The position numbers were made by a program, and so were the translations under genes. From Schmidtea nova (Eukaryota), in the NCBI GenBank assembly GCA_044892505.1, contig CM097883.1, positions 408,456,001-408,520,000 on the forward strand: DNA of 64,000 nucleotides. The letters are read 5' to 3'. Position 1 is the stretch's first letter, and every line of letters begins with the position of its first letter. Positions 35,681 to 49,330 of the stretch are shown piece by piece. The notes beneath the pieces are model-generated. The model did not search any database, had not been told where the DNA came from, and saw only the letters and a program-made list of their open reading frames with translations.

Positions 35681-36087
35681 AGATTTTCTTTCATTTATGA
35701 TCTTTTTTAAATTTGTATTAAAATGAGTTTCTTTCATGCTGCTAGTGTGACGCCGATTTCTACTTGGTGATAGCAAGATAATGATAAATATACCATGCGA
35801 ATTCGGTTTGGATAAAAATAATAGATTTAGAAAACGTAAAAATAATCTAAACTCAAATAAATCTGTTTTATTTCCGGTCAAAGTTTCTTTAAAATTAAGG
35901 TTGCTAAGATACCTCTATTTTAGGGAAGGGGTCTCTGTTTTTGTTACTATCGTTTTTTCTATATCTATATTTTTGTTCTCTTTTTCCTAAAATCTTCAAC
36001 TTTGTGATTTTTTTCAGGTCACGTGATTGTGACATTATAAAATACACCAAAATGTGCATTGGGATAGCAGTAGAATTTTATGCAGTA

Positions 36088-36200
36088 TCATATGCGGATC
36101 ATATGCGGGTCATATGCGGGTCATATGCGGATCATATGCGGGTCATATGCGGGTCATATGCAGGTCACATGCGGGTCATATGCGGGTCATATGCGGGTCA
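36088..36200. repeat. 11-bp minisatellite (TCATATGCGGR), about 10 units
   Basis: Direct reading of the tandem units. Confidence 0.95.
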
Positions 36201-37080
36201 CGTGTAAAATAGTAAATACCCATTTTTGACTAAACTAAATTCATTGATCATGAATTTATAACATTTGTACCCCTCAAGGCAGTGTATTTTATTGAATGCT
36301 ATTATTTTTATAAAAAAATGTTATTTTAATTTTTTTTTGAAAAATGAATTATTTTATAAAAAAGACATTTTTATTTAAATTTTATTTTTTTTCTTTATCT
36401 TAGAATAATTTAAACTGACTCATCTGCGTCCTCTCTTTGCTCTCTGATTTAATTTAATATTTTCCCGGATAGTTCTCTTTTAGCATCTTCCGTTTCTGAC
36501 AACTTTATTTAAAATATTTATTTAGAAAATAAAGATAAATAAAGGTATGAGTTTTTATTATAAAATTATTTCCGTATATTTTCATTGAGAATCCAACGTG
36601 ACTCTAATCTCGATCTTTGATGGGTCAAAAGATAATTCTAACATTCTGAAGGAAAGAGACATCCAATACCGCAAAGAGTTCCAAGATGTTTTTAAAATTT
36701 ATAATATAAGAATAAGAACTTTTCAGAAGTGTGATCACTGAGTGTCATAGAAAGAACTGTTTTACTAGTGCCCAGAATCGACAGACTCATTCACATTTAT
36801 CCGATCCATTTGGGTTGCCAAGAAACGGGATCCATCAAAATATAGGACGAATTTAAAAGGGTAGAAAAATATTTTAAACAAGGGCAAAATTTATTATTTA
36901 GCTTCAACCTTCAGAAATAACCAATAAATTGCCCGTAAACTGATAATATAAATTTTTTACCAAATTTCCGGTTTGGATAAATTTCAGTAGATTTACTGCC
37001 CGTGATTCCCCCGGTTCATTTGGAATAGAACCTCACGTGACTGGACTGCAATAAGCCTAAGTAACATGTACACACTAACC

Positions 37081-37500
37081 CGAGCGCCTGGAACCTGCGG
37101 CCCGCCAGCCGCATGCGGCTCTGAGCTTTTCCATGTAGCTCTTGGGTATTTTCCGTTATTAATTCATCAGGTGGCTCTGGGATGATATCTTGCCTAAACA
37201 GGTTCATTTATAATGTTCATATCCAATTTCAGTTAAATATTAACCAGCTTTGTAAGAAAATCCAACATCTGAAAAATCTTTAAATTTTTAATATTTTTTA
37301 TCACATTTATACAAATTTTTAAATGCAAATTTGTATTAATTATTGTGTAATAAAGCTGCAATTTTGTTTGTTTGTTATGGCATCCAAGTTACCCTGTGTG
37401 CATTGTGAACGAGGTGCGCACCATGGCATATCTCATGTGGATCAAACTGGATCAAAATTTATTATTTGGCTCTTTGCAATGGAAAGGTTCCCGACCCCTG
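37081..37500. mobile_element. hAT (Charlie-like) MITE, 420 bp
   Basis: Right TIR AAGGTTCCCGACCCCTG; degenerate left end GGAACCTGCGGCCCGCCAGCCGCATGCGGCTC; TSD CACTAACC/CACTAGCC. Confidence 0.8.
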
Positions 37501-38715
37501 CACTAGCCAAACCCTCAATTTTTTTAAATATAAAATTGGTAGTCTAGAGATTAAAACAATTTCATTATTATGCAGTCAAAAATAATTAAATATATAATTA
37601 TTTAATCAAGTTACTTAACAGGAAGTCCCTCAGATTATTCATTGAAACAATCTTACGCAAATAAATATTTATGTAACATTTATTTTATTTATAACTGTCA
37701 ATTTGTTTCTGATTCATTCTATGAACTGGTTCATATGAGTTTGTGATCACCACCTACTGGCNNNNNNNNNNNNNNNNNNNNNNNNNNNNNNNNNNNNNNN
37801 NNNNNNNNNNNNNNNNNNNNNNNNNNNNNNNNNNNNNNNNNNNNNNNNNNNNNNNNNNNNNNNNNNNNNNNNNNNNNNNNNNNNNNNNNNNNNNNNNNNN
37901 NNNNNNNNNNNNNNNNNNNNNNNNNNNNNNNNNNNNNNNNNNNNNNNNNNNNNNNNNNNNNNNNNNNNNNNNNNNNNNNNNNNNNNNNNNNNNNNNNNNN
38001 NNNNNNNNNNNNNNNNNNNNNNNNNNNNNNNNNNNNNNNNNNNNNNNNNNNNNNNNNNNNNNNNNNNNNNNNNNNNNNNNNNNNNNNNNNNNNNNNNNNN
38101 NNNNNNNNNNNNNNNNNNNNNNNNNNNNNNNNNNNNNNNNNNNNNNNNNNNNNNNNNNNNNNNNNNNNNNNNNNNNNNNNNNNNNNNNNNNNNNNNNNNN
38201 NNNNNNNNNNNNNNNNNNNNNNNNNNNNNNNNNNNNNNNNNNNNNNNNNNNNNNNNNNNNNNNNNNNNNNNNNNNNNNNNNNNNNNNNNNNNNNNNNNNN
38301 NNNNNNNNNNNNNNNNNNNNNNNNNNNNNNNNNNNNNNNNNNNNNNNNNNNNNNNNNNNNNNNNNNNNNNNNNNNNNNNNNNNNNNNNNNNNNNNNNNNN
38401 NNNNNNNNNNNNNNNNNNNNNNNNNNNNNNNNNNNNNNNNNNNNNNNNNNNNNNNNNNNNNNNNNNNNNNNNNNNNNNNNNNNNNNNNNNNNNNNNNNNN
38501 NNNNNNNNNNNNNNNNNNNNNNNNNNNNNNNNNNNNNNNNNNNNNNNNNNNNNNNNNNNNNNNNNNNNNNNNNNNNNNNNNNNNNNNNNNNNNNNNNNNN
38601 NNNNNNNNNNNNNNNNNNNNNNNNNNNNNNNNNNNNNNNNNNNNNNNNNNNNNNNNNNNNNNNNNNNNNNNNNNNNNNNNNNNNNNNNNNNNNNNNNNNN
38701 NNNNNNNNNNNNNNN

Positions 38716-38871
38716 TTTGATCTTTTTTTATTATTATTATCAATAATTCTCATAATGACTATAGATCAAATTTTTTTTGTGTTATTGTGTTATTGTGTTA
38801 TTGTTTATAAAAAAAAATTTGATCTATAGTCATTATGAGAATTATTGATAATAATAATAATAATAATAATA

Positions 38872-38927
<56 letters not shown>

Positions 38928-39115
38928 CAATAATTCTCATAATGACTATAGATCAAAAATTTTTTTTTATAAACAATAACACAATATTTCGGCACAGCCT
39001 TTATATTGTGTCGAAATATTGTGCCAAAATATTGTGTTATTGTTTATAAAAAAAAATTTTGATCTATAGTCATTATGAGAATTATTGATAATAATAATAA
39101 GAAAAGATCAAAGGT
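38716..39115. repeat. Palindromic array of Penelope family B pLTR segments between two gaps
   Basis: ATCAATAATTCTCATAATGACTATAGATCAAA occurs four times in alternating orientation; the same sequence follows the GIY-YIG ORF at 61256. Confidence 0.75.
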
Positions 39116-40683
39116 NNNNNNNNNNNNNNNNNNNNNNNNNNNNNNNNNNNNNNNNNNNNNNNNNNNNNNNNNNNNNNNNNNNNNNNNNNNNNNNNNNNNN
39201 NNNNNNNNNNNNNNNNNNNNNNNNNNNNNNNNNNNNNNNNNNNNNNNNNNNNNNNNNNNNNNNNNNNNNNNNNNNNNNNNNNNNNNNNNNNNNNNNNNNN
39301 NNNNNNNNNNNNNNNNNNNNNNNNNNNNNNNNNNNNNNNNNNNNNNNNNNNNNNNNNNNNNNNNNNNNNNNNNNNNNNNNNNNNNNNNNNNNNNNNNNNN
39401 NNNNNNNNNNNNNNNNNNNNNNNNNNNNNNNNNNNNNNNNNNNNNNNNNNNNNNNNNNNNNNNNNNNNNNNNNNNNNNNNNNNNNNNNNNNNNNNNNNNN
39501 NNNNNNNNNNNNNNNNNNNNNNNNNNNNNNNNNNNNNNNNNNNNNNNNNNNNNNNNNNNNNNNNNNNNNNNNNNNNNNNNNNNNNNNNNNNNNNNNNNNN
39601 NNNNNNNNNNNNNNNNNNNNNNNNNNNNNNNNNNNNNNNNNNNNNNNNNNNNNNNNNNNNNNNNNNNNNNNNNNNNNNNNNNNNNNNNNNNNNNNNNNNN
39701 NNNNNNNNNNNNNNNNNNNNNNNNNNNNNNNNNNNNAGTTCACATAATGATTTAGTAGTTTAAAAGATGTAAATGTTATATTTACACATACAAAAGCATT
39801 TGCTCATTTGCTAGATTGAATTATCTGCCAATTCTGCGCTCAACGTTTGTCATACTAACTGACCAAATCAGATCAAACTTTTCTGAGAAAATCAATTTAT
39901 CCAAAAAGCCAGCAAAACTTGAAACAATTAATTCACATCAACATAAATGTACGTCATGGCAAAAAGTGAAATATAAGATTTATTTGTTTTATCAAACTGT
40001 ATTGTTGTCATAGAGAAATCGGTTTCATATCACCAACAACATCATATTTGCATAATAAAATTCCGAATGCTCTTTTATTTTCTGTCCTTTTTCTGAATAT
40101 CCCTTACAAAATTGTCTTGACGCCTCTCGGTGTTATAAGCTAGGATTTGCCTTTATACACGTGCCATTTCACCTGTTCAAGCACCGAGAAATATTTATTT
40201 CGTGGACAATTAATTGAGATTGTCCCAATAACATATTTGTGATCAGTAAATAAAGTAATAAAACTGATGAGGATAACAAAAGGAATATGAAGGGGGGGCA
40301 GTTATGGGCCATAACAATGAGATACTGCATAACTGAGCACAGTAATAATTTATTAATACAAATTTGAGACTGTAAAAACAAAAATTAAGAAAAGGCTTTT
40401 TTATCAGTGACTTGTTGAGGAAAAAAATTAAATTTAAATCAAATGGGATCTTACTAAGATATCTGTGTTATGGAATAGGACAATAATTATCATTTTGAAA
40501 ATAAGATAAATGTCACTGTAAAAGAAAATTGAAAAGTCATTGATAGAAATGGAGATATGGTAGCAAATGTATGGTGAGGAAAGAGGGGGAATTATCAAAT
40601 TAATTGAGAGAAAACTGTGATCAGACAGATCCTTACATAGCAGGTCATTAAATACACCGTATAACGATGACTGGCATCCTCTA

Positions 40684-41762
40684 CACCAAAGCGCATAAAT
40701 TAAGGGCCAGACAGGCAAAATTTAAAGTATCTATAATAACAAATTATTTTATATATAGAAAAAATATACATACCTACTGCAGATTTGGACAAAGAAAAAA
40801 AGCACGGTCATAAATTACGGGCCTATACTATAGAAAATAAGAAAAATAAATTAGGTCAAAAAACACACTTACACAACACACAAAAAACCTATAATAAAAA
40901 GTACAAACACATGGACATAATTTAAGTGACAGTCTTTAATTAAGGGATTTTCAAATTTTAAAAAATCATGATTTATGAAGATATTTCAGAAACATTTTTG
41001 GAATCAATTGTTTTATTTATTGGAGAGGATCAAGAAGAAATGTAAACTTAAAATTATATTAAAAAATTTTAAAAAAAATTTTTTTAGAAATGCGGAAAAT
41101 GAAGCTATAATGCCTCAAATGGCTGAAACTGTAGAAAGAAAACATCGAAAAACTAAATTTGAATAAATTTGAATTTTTAATTTTTAACTTAAAATTTTAT
41201 AGATAATCTGAACATGACAAAAAATTACTAAAAGAAGTAATGAAACGGCGTGAAAATTATGAAGAATTCGGCAGGCAAATGGGTTTTGAATCTAAAATTA
41301 TTAAAGACATAGTGTCGATGTAGAAAAAACTGGCATTCTTACAGCAGGGAAAAGAGGCAGATAACATGTTAGCTTAATAATTAAAGAAAATGGAATACAA
41401 TGAATTGATTGTGTGGACCACAATTATTGGATTACTTTGGAAGAAATGAAAATCTTCTTGGATACAATTAGCTGCAATGTATACGCACAAACAATATCCA
41501 AATGTTTAAAAGATAAGCTGATAAAATTATAAAGACTTACTTTTTTCTCTATTTCATAAATATCTAAAAAATATCTAGATAAAATAAATTGGTATTTAAC
41601 TTAAAATATTAAATAAATTTAAAATAGGCTAAAATAGCTTAAATACATAGCTAAAAATTAAATTTTAAAAAATAAGTAAATAATAAGTAAATAATAAGTA
41701 ATAATAAATACCAACTGCCTGTCATAAGTGTCTTTATGGCCCTTAATTACAGACTGTTGGTG
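40684..41762 (+). mobile_element. Tc1-like non-autonomous element, 1079 bp
   Basis: TA TSDs; imperfect TIRs CACCAAAGCGCATAAATTAAGGGCCA and TGGCCCTTAATTACAGACTGTTGGTG; internal HTH remnant. Confidence 0.85.
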
Positions 41763-41993
41763 TATAATGCTAGTTGGTGTGCGTATTCATGATTACTCAT
41801 GAATTTTCTTTGTTTTAAGTAAGAAATTTACTTAACTTTATCATTTAAATATCACTTTTTTAGCATTTTGTCAACAATTTAATGGATTAATATTCACATA
41901 AAGTAAGAAACTATAGTAAAATTTATTATTTTATTACATTAATAACATTAATCTCCAGAGATATCTATTTTTTTTACCATTTTGGACTATTTT

Positions 41994-42293
41994 TCAAAAA
42001 TCGAACAGTTTTGTGTATTTAAGTAATTTTTTATTTCTGTTAGATTTGAAAAATAATTTTTTTTCTACATAATCTAACAGTTTGTTTCCATTTTCTTCGG
42101 AAATCTTTGATTTTTTGCCACCGATTTTCCCTTTTGATATAAAGCCAATTTTTTTATACTTAACTACTATTGCTTTTATTGTGTTTTTAGTAATTCCTAA
42201 CAGTCTACCGAATTGAAAATAATCCTCCCCATTTTCCATGGCCTTCACGATTTTTACTTTGTCAGCTTCTGAAATTCTGTTACAATATAACAT
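41994..42293 (-). pseudogene. Tc1/IS630-like transposase N-terminal HTH fragment
   Basis: RISEADKVKIVKAMENGEDY...GITKNTIKAIVVKYKKIG...GGKKSKI pattern; truncated. Confidence 0.7.
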
Positions 42294-42986
42294 TTTTAAA
42301 ATTTTGACAATTAAAACCTATTTTTTCTAGTTTTTTTCCAAACCAAGCCCTGTAGAACTTGATTGCCCTTCATTAAATGATATTCTATAAAAATTTTGAT
42401 TTAATGACATATTGAAAAAAATAATATTTACAAATTTAGCTGGTTGTTTTCCCGAAAGCTTAACGTGGAGCCTTCAGAAATATCAAAATTGCTATCAAAA
42501 TTTAATTATTTTTATAATAAAAAAATAATTTTTACAAATTTGGCTGGTCATTTTCCCGAAAGCTTAACTTGGAGCCTTCAGAATTACCAGATTTGCTATA
42601 AAACATTTATTTAATTTTTAAATGAAAAAAACATCTTACAATATGCCCTTTTGAAATATATTTTTTTTCAATGATTTTGCTTTTAATTTCATTTTAAAAA
42701 TCGATTAAAAAAATTAAAATGAAGAAAATATCAACTTTTTTGTGTGCGTAAGATTTATTATTGTATGCTAGTGATTGATTAGATTTGCACCCATTAAAAG
42801 TTTGCATGGAGTTTTTACTATATAGTGCCTTTTTGTGGTTTACAAAATTTTTCTATCCTTTTTGTCTACCACATAATAAAGGATGTTAATCAATGTTAGC
42901 ACACGAATAACACACAGGTGAGTGTTTGGAATTTCTATAGTTTAATTTTATATTATAGGAGATGCTGCTCATCGTTATACGGTGTA

Positions 42987-43476
42987 ACAACTTATTACAT
43001 GACAACTCATCACATGACAACTCATTACATGACAACTCATCACATGACAACTCATCACATTACAAATCATTACATGACAACTTATCACATGACAACTCAT
43101 CACATGACAACTCATTAGATGACAACTCATCACATGACAACTCATTACATGACAACTCATCACATGACAACTCATCAGATGACAATTCATTACATGACAA
43201 CTCATCAGATGACAACTCATTACATGACAACTCATCACATGACAACTCAGCACATGACAACTCATTACATGACAACTTATCACATGACAACTCATTACAT
43301 GACAACTCATCACATTACAACTCATCACATGACAACTCATCACATTACAACTCATCAGATGACAACTCATTAGATGACAACTCATCACATAACAACTCAT
43401 TACATGGCAACTCATCACGTGACAACTCATCACATTACATCTCATCAAATGAAAACTCACCATATGACAACTCATA
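42987..43476. repeat. 15-bp minisatellite (ATGACAACTCATYAC), about 32 units
   Basis: Direct reading; it produces the periodic HDNSS/MTTHH/SCHVM ORFs. Confidence 0.95.
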
Positions 43477-44091
43477 ACGTAAACAACTCACAACACTAGC
43501 AATAAAAAATAAATAAAAGTTATGAACCAGAGAAAACCCTTGTTGTAATAATATTTTTTTACAACAAATACCGTGTTTCCTCGAAAAATTAAAACTTACA
43601 CGAATTTTTAAGAATGGTTTTAATATGAGACCTGCTTTGAAAATAAGGCCTAATGAATAATTAAATTAAATCAAAAGTTGACGTGTTTTTCACAAGTTTG
43701 GCGCGCTCTTCTGCACGTGCCAATGAGTCATTTTAGCTCCATTTGACTCCATCTGTTATTTAAAGTCTTTTCATTACTTTCTGTGTCTATAGTTACAATG
43801 ACTACAGTTCTTTATAAATTGAGAATGCTATTAAAATACATTGTTTTTTATATATTTTGTTTGTCCCCTTTATATTGTGAAAGAATATCCTTTCTTTATA
43901 GTTGAGAATTCAAAAGTGGAATTCAAAAGTTTAATGTTTAAAATTACCTTTTTTTGTATACAATTATAATACGCGCCCTTATTTTTGCTGACTAAAATGT
44001 TAAAAAAAGTACGTATTATAGTCAAGATTTTAAGGATCATCGATATTAAAAATGCAGGGAAAGACCTGCATTAACATCTGACTTGTAAAAA

Positions 44092-44960
44092 ATGTGGTGA
44101 AAAATAAATAAACCAAACTTTAATTAATTAATTTTATTTAGAATCTTAATTTTATTTAATTAGAATCTTAATTTTATTAGAATATTAATTTTATTAGAAT
44201 CTTAATTTTATTAGAATCTTTTTAATTTTATTAANNNNNNNNNNNNNNNNNNNNNNNNNNNNNNNNNNNNNNNNNNNNNNNNNNNNNNNNNNNNNNNNNN
44301 NNNNNNNNNNNNNNNNNNNNNNNNNNNNNNNNNNNNNNNNNNNNNNNNNNNNNNNNNNNNNNNNNNNNNNNNNNNNNNNNNNNNNNNNNNNNNNNNNNNN
44401 NNNNNNNNNNNNNNNNNNNNNNNNNNNNNNNNNNNNNNNNNNNNNNNNNNNNNNNNNNNNNNNNNNNNNNNNNNNNNNNNNNNNNNNNNNNNNNNNNNNN
44501 NNNNNNNNNNNNNNNNNNNNNNNNNNNNNNNNNNNNNNNNNNNNNNNNNNNNNNNNNNNNNNNNNNNNNNNNNNNNNNNNNNNNNNNNNNNNNNNNNNNN
44601 NNNNNNNNNTATTATTAATTATCATTATTATTAATTATATTAATTTATTTTTAATTTTATTAATTATTAATTATTAATATTAATTTATTATTATTAATTA
44701 TTAATTAATTAATATTAATTAATTATTGATTAATATTAATTAATTATTAATTAATATTAATTATTATTAATTATCATTATTATTAATTTTATTATTTTAT
44801 TAATTTTGTTTTTTATTTTATTTTTTATTTTATTAATTTTATTAATTTTTTTAAATTTTATTAATTTAAATTTTTTTTAAATTTTATTAGAATCTTAATT
44901 TTATTTAATTAATTAAAGTTTGGTTTATTTATTTTACAATTTATTTATTTTACACCACAT
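44092..44960. mobile_element. AT-rich palindromic element with ATGTGGTG termini and a 14-bp TSD (one mismatch); contains a gap
   Basis: Left CTGACTTGTAAAAA-ATGTGGTG, right CACCACAT-CTGACTTGTATAAA. Long inverted arms (AATAAATAAACCAAACTTTAATTAATTAA) and internal TTAGAATCTTAATTTTA repeats. Confidence 0.75.
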
Positions 44961-45507
44961 CTGACTTGTATAAAACGTTGCATTCGGTGTCAAAAATTTG
45001 CTTAACTATTATTATTTATTAGAATATGAAAGCATGGGGCCTCAGGAAAAATCCCCTAAGTCTCTATCTCTGAGCCCGCCCTGCTCCTACACAATCTAAT
45101 TATTTTGTTTGTGTTTCCCACATGGCTCGAGTTTTCGTATATTTTGCTTAATAAATTTAATTATTTTGTTTTGATTGCGAGTTTCTCACACAGTTCGGAT
45201 TTTCCTTTGTCTCACAAATTTGCTCAAAGTAATTTAATTATTTTGATCATGGCTCGAGTTATCGATACAGCTCGCGTTTACTATTAGTTAATTAAATTTT
45301 TAATTAGCTTATATTTTCTGAATGTTTATTTCTGGGGATACCCCATTGAATTTATATTATTATATTTAGATTCGAATTATCATTTGGCATCCACCCATAC
45401 GTGTTTCCACCAAAAAATAATAATTTTTTATTTGCAGCGTGATTTTGGAGAGAAAAAAAAACATTTCAATACAAATTTAAAAAAAGATCATATATGAAAG
45501 AAAATCT

Positions 45508-45943
45508 TTAAAATAAGTAAAATGTTAAAGAAAGAAAAATAATCTCCGTCAATATGAAAACACAAACAGATGTTAATAAAGATTCCGATGAATTGCAAAA
45601 GTTCGTTTGACAGCATCCAGCATATTCTTTGACGTCTTGGGCTTCACGGTTCCACTGATATTTTTCACAAGTGGTCAATCTGTTGCATAACAACGTTACG
45701 GTTTCTTGACTTCCTTTCCATTGAGACATCCTCTGAAATAGAAAAATGTTCAGAATATCAATGTCAAACTTGACAAATCACTTAACAATGCATGAGAGAC
45801 AATCCGAAGAACTGCTGTTGTATTCGTAACAACTGATGGCACCAGACGACAAATGGGATACTAGAACGATATGAAACCCAAATTATTTGACAAGAAAATT
45901 ATTTACCTGAAATGAGAAGAGCAACGTAGATTATTAAATGCAT
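45508..45943 (-). CDS. Ly6/uPAR three-finger protein, inverted paralog; exons 45943-45907, 45860-45787, 45732-45508
   Basis: Same exon and intron sizes as 35245-35680; 10 amino-acid differences; ORF intact. Confidence 0.82.
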
Positions 45944-47539
45944 TTGTTAAAATTAAAATGAAAGTAAATACAAATTAATAGACTAAACGAGACACTTGCG
46001 TCAACATCAAAATATCATTATATGGCCAATAGGTTGACAGCCAGGCTGTCACACATCATCATTGGCATTTTTAAAGAAAATAAAAAAATTATGTAATATA
46101 TATATAATTATACCATATACAAGGAAACAGATAAATGATTAATGATTAAACCATATGATTGTTCCACTTTACTTATTTTATCATTATTTATTCGGCAAAA
46201 ATTTATCAATAAGTTAATTTTCATTAAAATAACTTTTTAATATTTAACATAGTTGTTAAAATAAAATCTTTTACAATAAAATTTTATATACTATTTGTGA
46301 TTAAAAAACAAATGTAAAAAAGAACATTTTGTGTTTTAATATTCAAAGATAAATTGTTTTTAAGCTGGAATTTTTGAATTTTCTCTTATTTTCCTAATAT
46401 TTTGCAATTATAATGGAATAATACATTTGCTTACTATTACAGTAATAAATGCATTTACCATTTTTGAGGAGTCACAAATTGCTATTTTAATTATAAAATC
46501 CTATTTTCAATGTCGCAACAGCTATTGCATTAGTTCATGGCATTTATAATAAAAATTTACCAAAGTTCCTTCAAAAATATTTATAGATTGTGGTTGCATT
46601 ACGGTACGGTGACCAGTTTTCTTGAGACTGAATGTGGAACGGGGAGATTGTACGCTTTAGAAGATTATAAAATATAAAATCATACATTGATTTAAATTTA
46701 ATAAAAATAACAATTGTTAACAATTCATTCGACTAATTAGAAAAGAACATAAATTATGTTACAGTATAATTAATGATATATCTATATGTTATTAATATAA
46801 ACAGTTCTCCCTCGATCTGCGCGCTTTCAGAGTTATGTGATTTTGTTTCGCAAATGTTTCGCAGCAGCGCGTACATATTTCTCTTTTTCGTACAATTTAC
46901 ACATAAAATTTAGTGAATCCACTTAAATTGTGTGATGTAACTTGTATTTTGTTTTCGAAACTACAGGTTTAGACGTGTTAAAGTTGGATTAATTTACTTT
47001 AATTTTTTAATAATTTTACGTAAAACATTGTTGGAGTTAACTGTTGTTTTCTTATTGAAAAAGGTGTATTAAAGGTAGGAACAGTTTTTTTATTTTAGTG
47101 CAATTTATATTAAAGTGAGTGTTACACCAACTTCTGTTGTTTTATTTGATTCTATAACAGTTTTTAATTTATCACTATTAACAAAATTTTTACAGAACCC
47201 TTGGCTGAAATATCAAATTCATCAGAAGATAGTAGTGAAGACAGCAGTGAAAATGAAATGATGTAAAGATTTTTTCATTTGCATATATATTTTATTAAAT
47301 GAATTTATAATTTTTAGGTAATCTTTTACTTTACCGGTCCCGTGCACGTAGTCTATAGGAACACATCTATTTTACTTTACCGGTCCCACATAATAATAAT
47401 AAAAATGCTAATAAAAATATAAAAATAAAAAAATAATAATATTAATAATAATAATAACTATAATAACAATAATAATAACAATAATAATAATAACAATAAT
47501 AATATAATAATAATAATACATAACACAACAAGCATGGCA

Positions 47540-48250
47540 CTAAAATAATTAAAAACAAACGCCAATCCAAATATATATTTTGCACAATATATTTCGAGAA
47601 CTTAATTCTCTTCATCAGGTGCTACCCAATCTTACATTCAAATCTAAATCAAATAAATAGATTTTTTCAAACAAATTAGTATTAATTTTTTAAAAAAAAT
47701 ATATATTTTAAATTCCATATTATAGTCAAAAAATTTAAATCGATTAAAATTTTTTAATTTAAATAAATTAATCTTAAAAATATAATATTCTTTTATTTTT
47801 AAACAAAAAAATATTTTTTTTAAGAATTTTATAAATATTTCCATTTTTATAAATAACAGAATGATTGAAAATGAAATCCATAATCCCCAATTGAAAATGC
47901 TCTAAAACTCGAGTACAGAAAAGACGATTAGTCTTGTCCAAAGTATGTGGCATTACGCCCATGACATTTGAAAAATTAAACGAGTATAGAACACAAATCA
48001 AAAGAAGAAAATAAACATCATCAACAACCACATCAGTTAATTTACTTAAACCGCAAAAAATGAATCAAACACACTGACTCAAAACTGTCACACTCACATA
48101 TTCACAAACATCGACATGACTGAAAACAACGCTAAATCCCATTAATTGACTCCGCTCTGAAACTCAAATACAGAGAAGTCTTTTCCAATGTATGTGGCAT
48201 TTCACCCATGACGTTTGAAAATATAAACGAGAACAGAGCAAAGAACAATA
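47540..48250 (-). mobile_element. Family A repeat, uninverted copy
   Basis: Two diverged ~125-bp internal units, an AT-rich spacer, a hammerhead, then a (TTA)-rich tail on the minus strand. Confidence 0.72.
47582..47622 (-). ncRNA. Minimal type I hammerhead ribozyme (family A), identical to 33952-33992
   Basis: Reverse complement reads GCACCTGATGAAGAGAATTAAGTTCTCGAAATATATTGTGC. Confidence 0.8.
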
Positions 48251-48919
48251 TAGATAAAATAACAGAATAAATTTGATTTATAGTCATACAATTATGAAAG
48301 TTATTGATATAAATAAATTATTTATCATTTAATAAAAGTCGATTTTCAGATTACATTGAATGAAAAATATTAAATTGTCAATTAAAATTAAAAGTTATTA
48401 TAACATTTTCAATGTCAATTGATTGTGTAATAATAATTAGGTAATATTATTATTTACGAAATTGCTCAAAACTGCGGAGTGGAACTGTCAAAATTTTGCC
48501 TGCTGCAATCATCTAATTATTATACGTACTAATAAAAGTTTTTTATTTTCCTCATAATTTTATTAAAATGAAATCACAGAAAAATATTCAATTCTAAACA
48601 TTAAATTAAATATTTTTAACTAGACGAAAATTATATTTATCTGCCAGAGTGATGGTAGATATTTTAATTTTATGCTAACTTTTAAGTATCTTTAATTTTA
48701 GTATCTTATTTTTAAATTTTAATTTTTAAGACAATGGATCAAAATATTTGTTAAGAAAATTCGTGATGTTTTAAAAATGAAATTTTGATCTATTTGTTGG
48801 ATACGTGACCAAATACATACAAAGTTAACGTAAAGCAACGAACAATGTGTGATGACGCTGAAGGCAGGCAAGTTCCCAACAAATCATTAATAATTGAAAC
48901 TTTTATTGCGTCTTATTTT

Positions 48920-49330
48920 ATAAAACGGTATATTTGAAAAACATTTTATGTGATTTTGAAAAAAAATATTTTTATATTAATTAATTTTATTTTAAAATAT
49001 TTTGGAAAATGGTTATTATTTTATATATTTGAAAGTATTTTCATATTCTAATTCAAAGAAATAGATAATAAAATTAATTTATTCCTTTTGTTTAAATAAA
49101 TTATATTTATGTATTACAAAGGTCAACAAAAATAAAATAATATTTTCAATTCCAAGGTATAAAAATTCTGTTATGAGAACAATTTCCTTTTCAATTAACT
49201 CAAGTAAAAAAATAAAAGTTATTGGCAGATTAAATGCATTAAAAATTATTATATAAACTGACTGCATTTTTAGTCAAATCACTTTTAGTATCTTCACTTA
49301 AGAAGAGCTTCTAGCAACTAATTTAACATA
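48920..49330 (+). repeat. Dispersed repeat, homologous to ~59480-59830
   Basis: Shared ATTGGCAGATTAA.TGC.TTAAAAATTA and TTTTAGTCAAATCAC blocks. Confidence 0.65.

Noticed and set aside
37164-37170. Other CTGATGA hits (37164-37170 minus, 51798-51804, 10583, 40265)
   Set aside because: No helix II followed by GAAA and no closing helices.
39780-40682. Possible multi-exon gene on the minus strand (several GTAAG and TTTTACAG sites)
   Set aside because: I could not build a continuous reading frame across the candidate exons.
42962-43477. SCHVM, MTTHH and HDNSS repeat proteins; CRISPR-like array
   Set aside because: A simple 15-bp minisatellite with no unique spacers and no cas genes; the open frames follow from unit length and composition.
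47320-47390. Duplicated TTTTACTTTACCGGTCCC as a transposon terminus
   Set aside because: No matching opposite end or TSD found in the window.
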